NCBI GenBank assembly: GCA_963845085.1
Contig: CAWJQI010000005.1
Location: forward strand, 448,502 to 512,501
Source of the DNA: Candidatus Fermentibacterota bacterium
GTDB lineage: Bacteria > Fermentibacterota > Fermentibacteria > Fermentibacterales > JCC-6
Direction of reading: 5' to 3'
DNA: 64,000 nt
Shown here piece by piece: positions 61,851-64,000 of this stretch (position 1 is its first letter; each line of letters begins with the position of its first letter). Below the pieces are notes generated by a model. That model saw only the letters and a list, made by a program, of their open reading frames with translations, did no database searches and was not told the origin of the DNA. Both the position numbers and the translations under genes were made by a program.

Positions 61851-62230
61851 CCAAATTCCTTCCCTGAATATTCAATGCCATTCAGATCACTCGAACGGCA
61901 AACAATGAAGGATACACGTTGAAAGTGGATTCTGCACTTCTCAAGAAACCTTTTCAAAAAAGCGCGAAAACCCTTTCAAAACACCCGCTTGCACATGGTT
62001 ATATAAGCTTCCCCCCGAAGTTTTCAAAGCCCGGACAGTCGGCTTTCGATGACACTACTCCCCGATGCGTTGCAAGTCAATGAGATGGCTCGGTCGCACG
62101 ACCGGAGGTACCCACCCGGAAGGGTTTTTCAGGCCAGTAACGGTTTCCGGCGGTCGCGAGTAATATTTCATCCCGTGTTATGCGGGCATGGAAGGGAAAA
62201 TGCAGTGATGAAGAAGGCCGGACAAAAGTC

Positions 62231-63346
62231 GTGAAGCTTCTGGGGCAGATATCCAAAGGGCTTGAGGAGATGGGTGCTGAGGAGCTCAGGCGTCTCGGTG
62301 CCGCTTCAGTGAGCCCGGTATTCAGGGGGGTCTTCCTTGAAACCGATACGGCCGGCGCGATGAGGCTGAATTACTCATCGCGGCTGTTCGACCGCTTTCT
62401 GCTTCAACTCGCATCCTTCCCCTGTCACACCTCCGACCAGCTCTACACCAAGGCGGTTAAATTCCCGTGGGAGAACACTTTCGGAGTCGAATCCACCTTC
62501 GCAATCACCTCCGCGGTCTCCGGGGGCAGGCTCCATCACTCCCAGTGGGCGGCTCTGAAGCTGAAGGACGCCATCGCCGATCACTTCAGGGAGATGTGCG
62601 GGAAACGGCCCTCCGTGAACAGGCATGATGCCGACGTCAATCTCGACCTCCGCATTCGGGAGAACACGGCTGAGATCAGGCTGGACCTGTCCGGAGGAGC
62701 GCTGCACCGCAGGGGCTATCGGAAGGATCAGGTGGCGGCTCCGATGAGGGAGACGGTCGCGGCGGCAGCGGTTGAAATGGCGGGATGGACGGGCGAAAAG
62801 CCTCTTGTCGATCCCATGTGCGGTTCCGGTACACTTCTCTGCGAGGCCCTCATGAAGTACTGCAGGATCCCGGCCGGGTATTTCAGGGAAAAATGGGGTT
62901 TCTTCATGATGGAAGGGTTCTCGATCGGGGAGTGGCGGAAGGTGAAAGCCGAACTCGACGGAGAGATAATTCCCCTCCCGGAGGGTCTCATCAGCGGAAG
63001 CGATGTCTCGCAGCAGGCTGTGAACGCAACACGGGCGAACCTCGGAACATTCCGCCAGGGAGAAGCGGTACGCGTTGACAGAAGGGACTGGCGGAGCAGC
63101 GCCGGGTACACTTCGTCAGTGATCCTTACGAACCCTCCCCACGGTATAAGGATCTTCGAGAAAACTGCAGGAACGCTTCTCGGCGAATTCGGCGACTTCC
63201 TCAAACAGAGGTGCAGCGGGACCGAAGCCTACATCTTTCTGGGGGACACCAAGCTTCTGAAACAGGTGGGGCTGAGGTCGACATGGCGCAGGGAGTTGTC
63301 ATCGGGAGGTCTGGACGGGCGCCTGGCTAGATACGACCTGTATTAG
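62231..63346 (+). CDS. THUMP-domain class I SAM-dependent RNA methyltransferase (RlmL/UPF0020-like)
   Basis: GTG start at 62231 gives (M)KLLGQISKGLEEMGAEELRRLGA. DPMCGSGTLLCEA is motif I, and ILTNPPHGIRI is the NPPY-type motif IV. An alternative ATG lies at 62180. Confidence 0.7.
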   Translation: MKLLGQISKGLEEMGAEELRRLGAASVSPVFRGVFLETDTAGAMRLNYSSRLFDRFLLQLASFPCHTSDQLYTKAVKFPWENTFGVESTFAITSAVSGGRLHHSQWAALKLKDAIADHFREMCGKRPSVNRHDADVNLDLRIRENTAEIRLDLSGGALHRRGYRKDQVAAPMRETVAAAAVEMAGWTGEKPLVDPMCGSGTLLCEALMKYCRIPAGYFREKWGFFMMEGFSIGEWRKVKAELDGEIIPLPEGLISGSDVSQQAVNATRANLGTFRQGEAVRVDRRDWRSSAGYTSSVILTNPPHGIRIFEKTAGTLLGEFGDFLKQRCSGTEAYIFLGDTKLLKQVGLRSTWRRELSSGGLDGRLARYDLY

Positions 63347-63418
63347 CGCCCGCCCGAATAACTTCTGCCGATCAGTACGCACGCACGACGACTTGTCGTG
63401 AGCGGCAAGCGCCCGTGG

Positions 63419-63850
63419 CTACTCGGGGATGCGAAGAACCTGCCCCGGGTAGATCTTGTCGGGGTGGCTGAGCATTGGCTTGTTCGCCTCGAATATCTTC
63501 ATGTACTTTCCGGCGTCGCCGTATACCTTCTTCGATATGGCCGAGAGGGTGTCGCCCGCGGCAACGGTGTGGAAACGTGCCGCTGCGCCGCCTTTTATGG
63601 CGGTCAGCATGTCCGATACTTTGGCGATGCCCTTCACGTTGCCAGCGATAAGAAGTGCCTTCTCATGGTCTTCAGGGGTTGCCGGCACGCCCTTGATCTG
63701 TACCTGGTCATCCTTCACCATCACCTCGAGGCCCTTCACCTTGACTCCAAAGGCTCCGATCCGCTCCTCGATCTTCTTTGCAAGAACGGCTTCCTGCCCC
63801 TTCTCCGCCAGTTTCTCACCGGCATCCTTCATGAAATCGAAAATGCCCAT
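63419..63850 (-). CDS. kbp: BON + LysM domain protein (potassium-binding protein Kbp/YgaU-like)
   Basis: MGIFDFMKDAGEKL closely matches the E. coli Kbp N-terminus. A BON domain (VKVKGLEVMVKDDQVQIKGV) is followed by LysM (HTVAAGDTLSAISKKVYGDAGKYMKIFEANKPMLSHPDKIYPGQVLRIP). Confidence 0.8.
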   Translation of the reverse strand: MGIFDFMKDAGEKLAEKGQEAVLAKKIEERIGAFGVKVKGLEVMVKDDQVQIKGVPATPEDHEKALLIAGNVKGIAKVSDMLTAIKGGAAARFHTVAAGDTLSAISKKVYGDAGKYMKIFEANKPMLSHPDKIYPGQVLRIPE

Positions 63851-64000
63851 CACGCCCGCCTTTCTGCCGACTTCGTGCCGGCTTTTGGACCGAACACCCG
63901 TATGTATAAACCAGGGCAGTCAATAACACAATGACCATGGCTGAAGAGGTATCCATACGGGGGTGCGCAGCATTCCCGGCGGACCCGGGAATCGTTTTCA

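Noticed and set aside
61851-62230. Possible SRP RNA, RNase P RNA, 6S RNA or tRNA-Sec in the long intergenic region
   Set aside because: None of the diagnostic motifs is present on either strand: GGAAGCAGCC for SRP, GAGGAAAGUCC / ACAGAA..CGGCUUA for RNase P, or T-loop GTTCRA for a tRNA. The region is left as an unclassified foldable segment.
62049-62234. 61-aa ORF in the intergenic region
   Set aside because: It has no RBS, an Arg-rich odd composition, and overlaps the likely methyltransferase start. It is probably non-coding.
63931-64000. Possible start of a + strand gene (ATG 63931, MTMAEEVSIRGCAAFPADPGIVF...)
   Set aside because: Only 23 codons are visible before the window ends, with no recognisable motif or clear RBS. 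That is too little evidence to call a feature.
1-64000. Mobile elements, prophage, CRISPR arrays, toxin-antitoxin or known defence systems
   Set aside because: I recognised no integrase, transposase, recombinase, Cas, capsid/terminase or TA-like small gene pairs, and no arrays of spaced direct repeats. Gene content and codon style look uniform across the window.

Overview
GC-rich, densely packed bacterial chromosomal segment with about 58 protein genes on both strands. Many genes are translationally coupled through NTGA start/stop overlaps. I recognised no rRNA, tRNA, CRISPR array, transposase, integrase or phage genes. Two proteins end in T9SS-type C-terminal sorting domains, and many others are secreted repeat proteins (TPR, FG-GAP, propeller-like). 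This suggests an uncultured FCB-superphylum-like bacterium, but that lineage call is inference only.

Recognisable content:
- Housekeeping and metabolism: giant TPR protein, ThyX-like, GH84, FtcD, transketolase, TldD/PmbA, MOSC, Mpg, PrsW, HtpG, HutH, two sugar epimerases, CutC, Kbp.
- Transport: an Mla/Mce lipid-transport operon, and a MOT1-like permease followed by a NitT/TauT ABC importer.
- Redox: a seven-gene Hdr/Flx-type operon (hdrA-mvhD-FeS-FeS-FAD/2Fe2S-hdrC-hdrB) facing a two-cysteine DsrC and a cysteine desulfurase.

Most interesting observations:
1. A T9SS-sorted thioredoxin-fold/Omp28-like protein has its signal peptide and RBS cut off from the body by one in-frame TGA. The TGA sits in a U-x-x-C motif and is followed by a SECIS-like hairpin, so this is a candidate secreted selenoprotein that the ORF track misses.
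2. A coupled operon of B12-radical-SAM, LpxL-type acyltransferase and B12-radical-SAM lies divergent from a geranylgeranyl-reductase-family flavoprotein. This may be an uncharacterised lipid-tail-modifying module.
3. The histidine ammonia-lyase carries Ala-Cys-Gly where the MIO-forming Ala-Ser-Gly is expected.
4. An orphan 803-aa HerA/FtsK-like ATPase has an unusual C-terminal half.

All functional calls rest on motif recognition by eye. No database search was run. Several start codons are re-picked from the ORF track, which extends each ORF to the furthest ATG/GTG/TTG.
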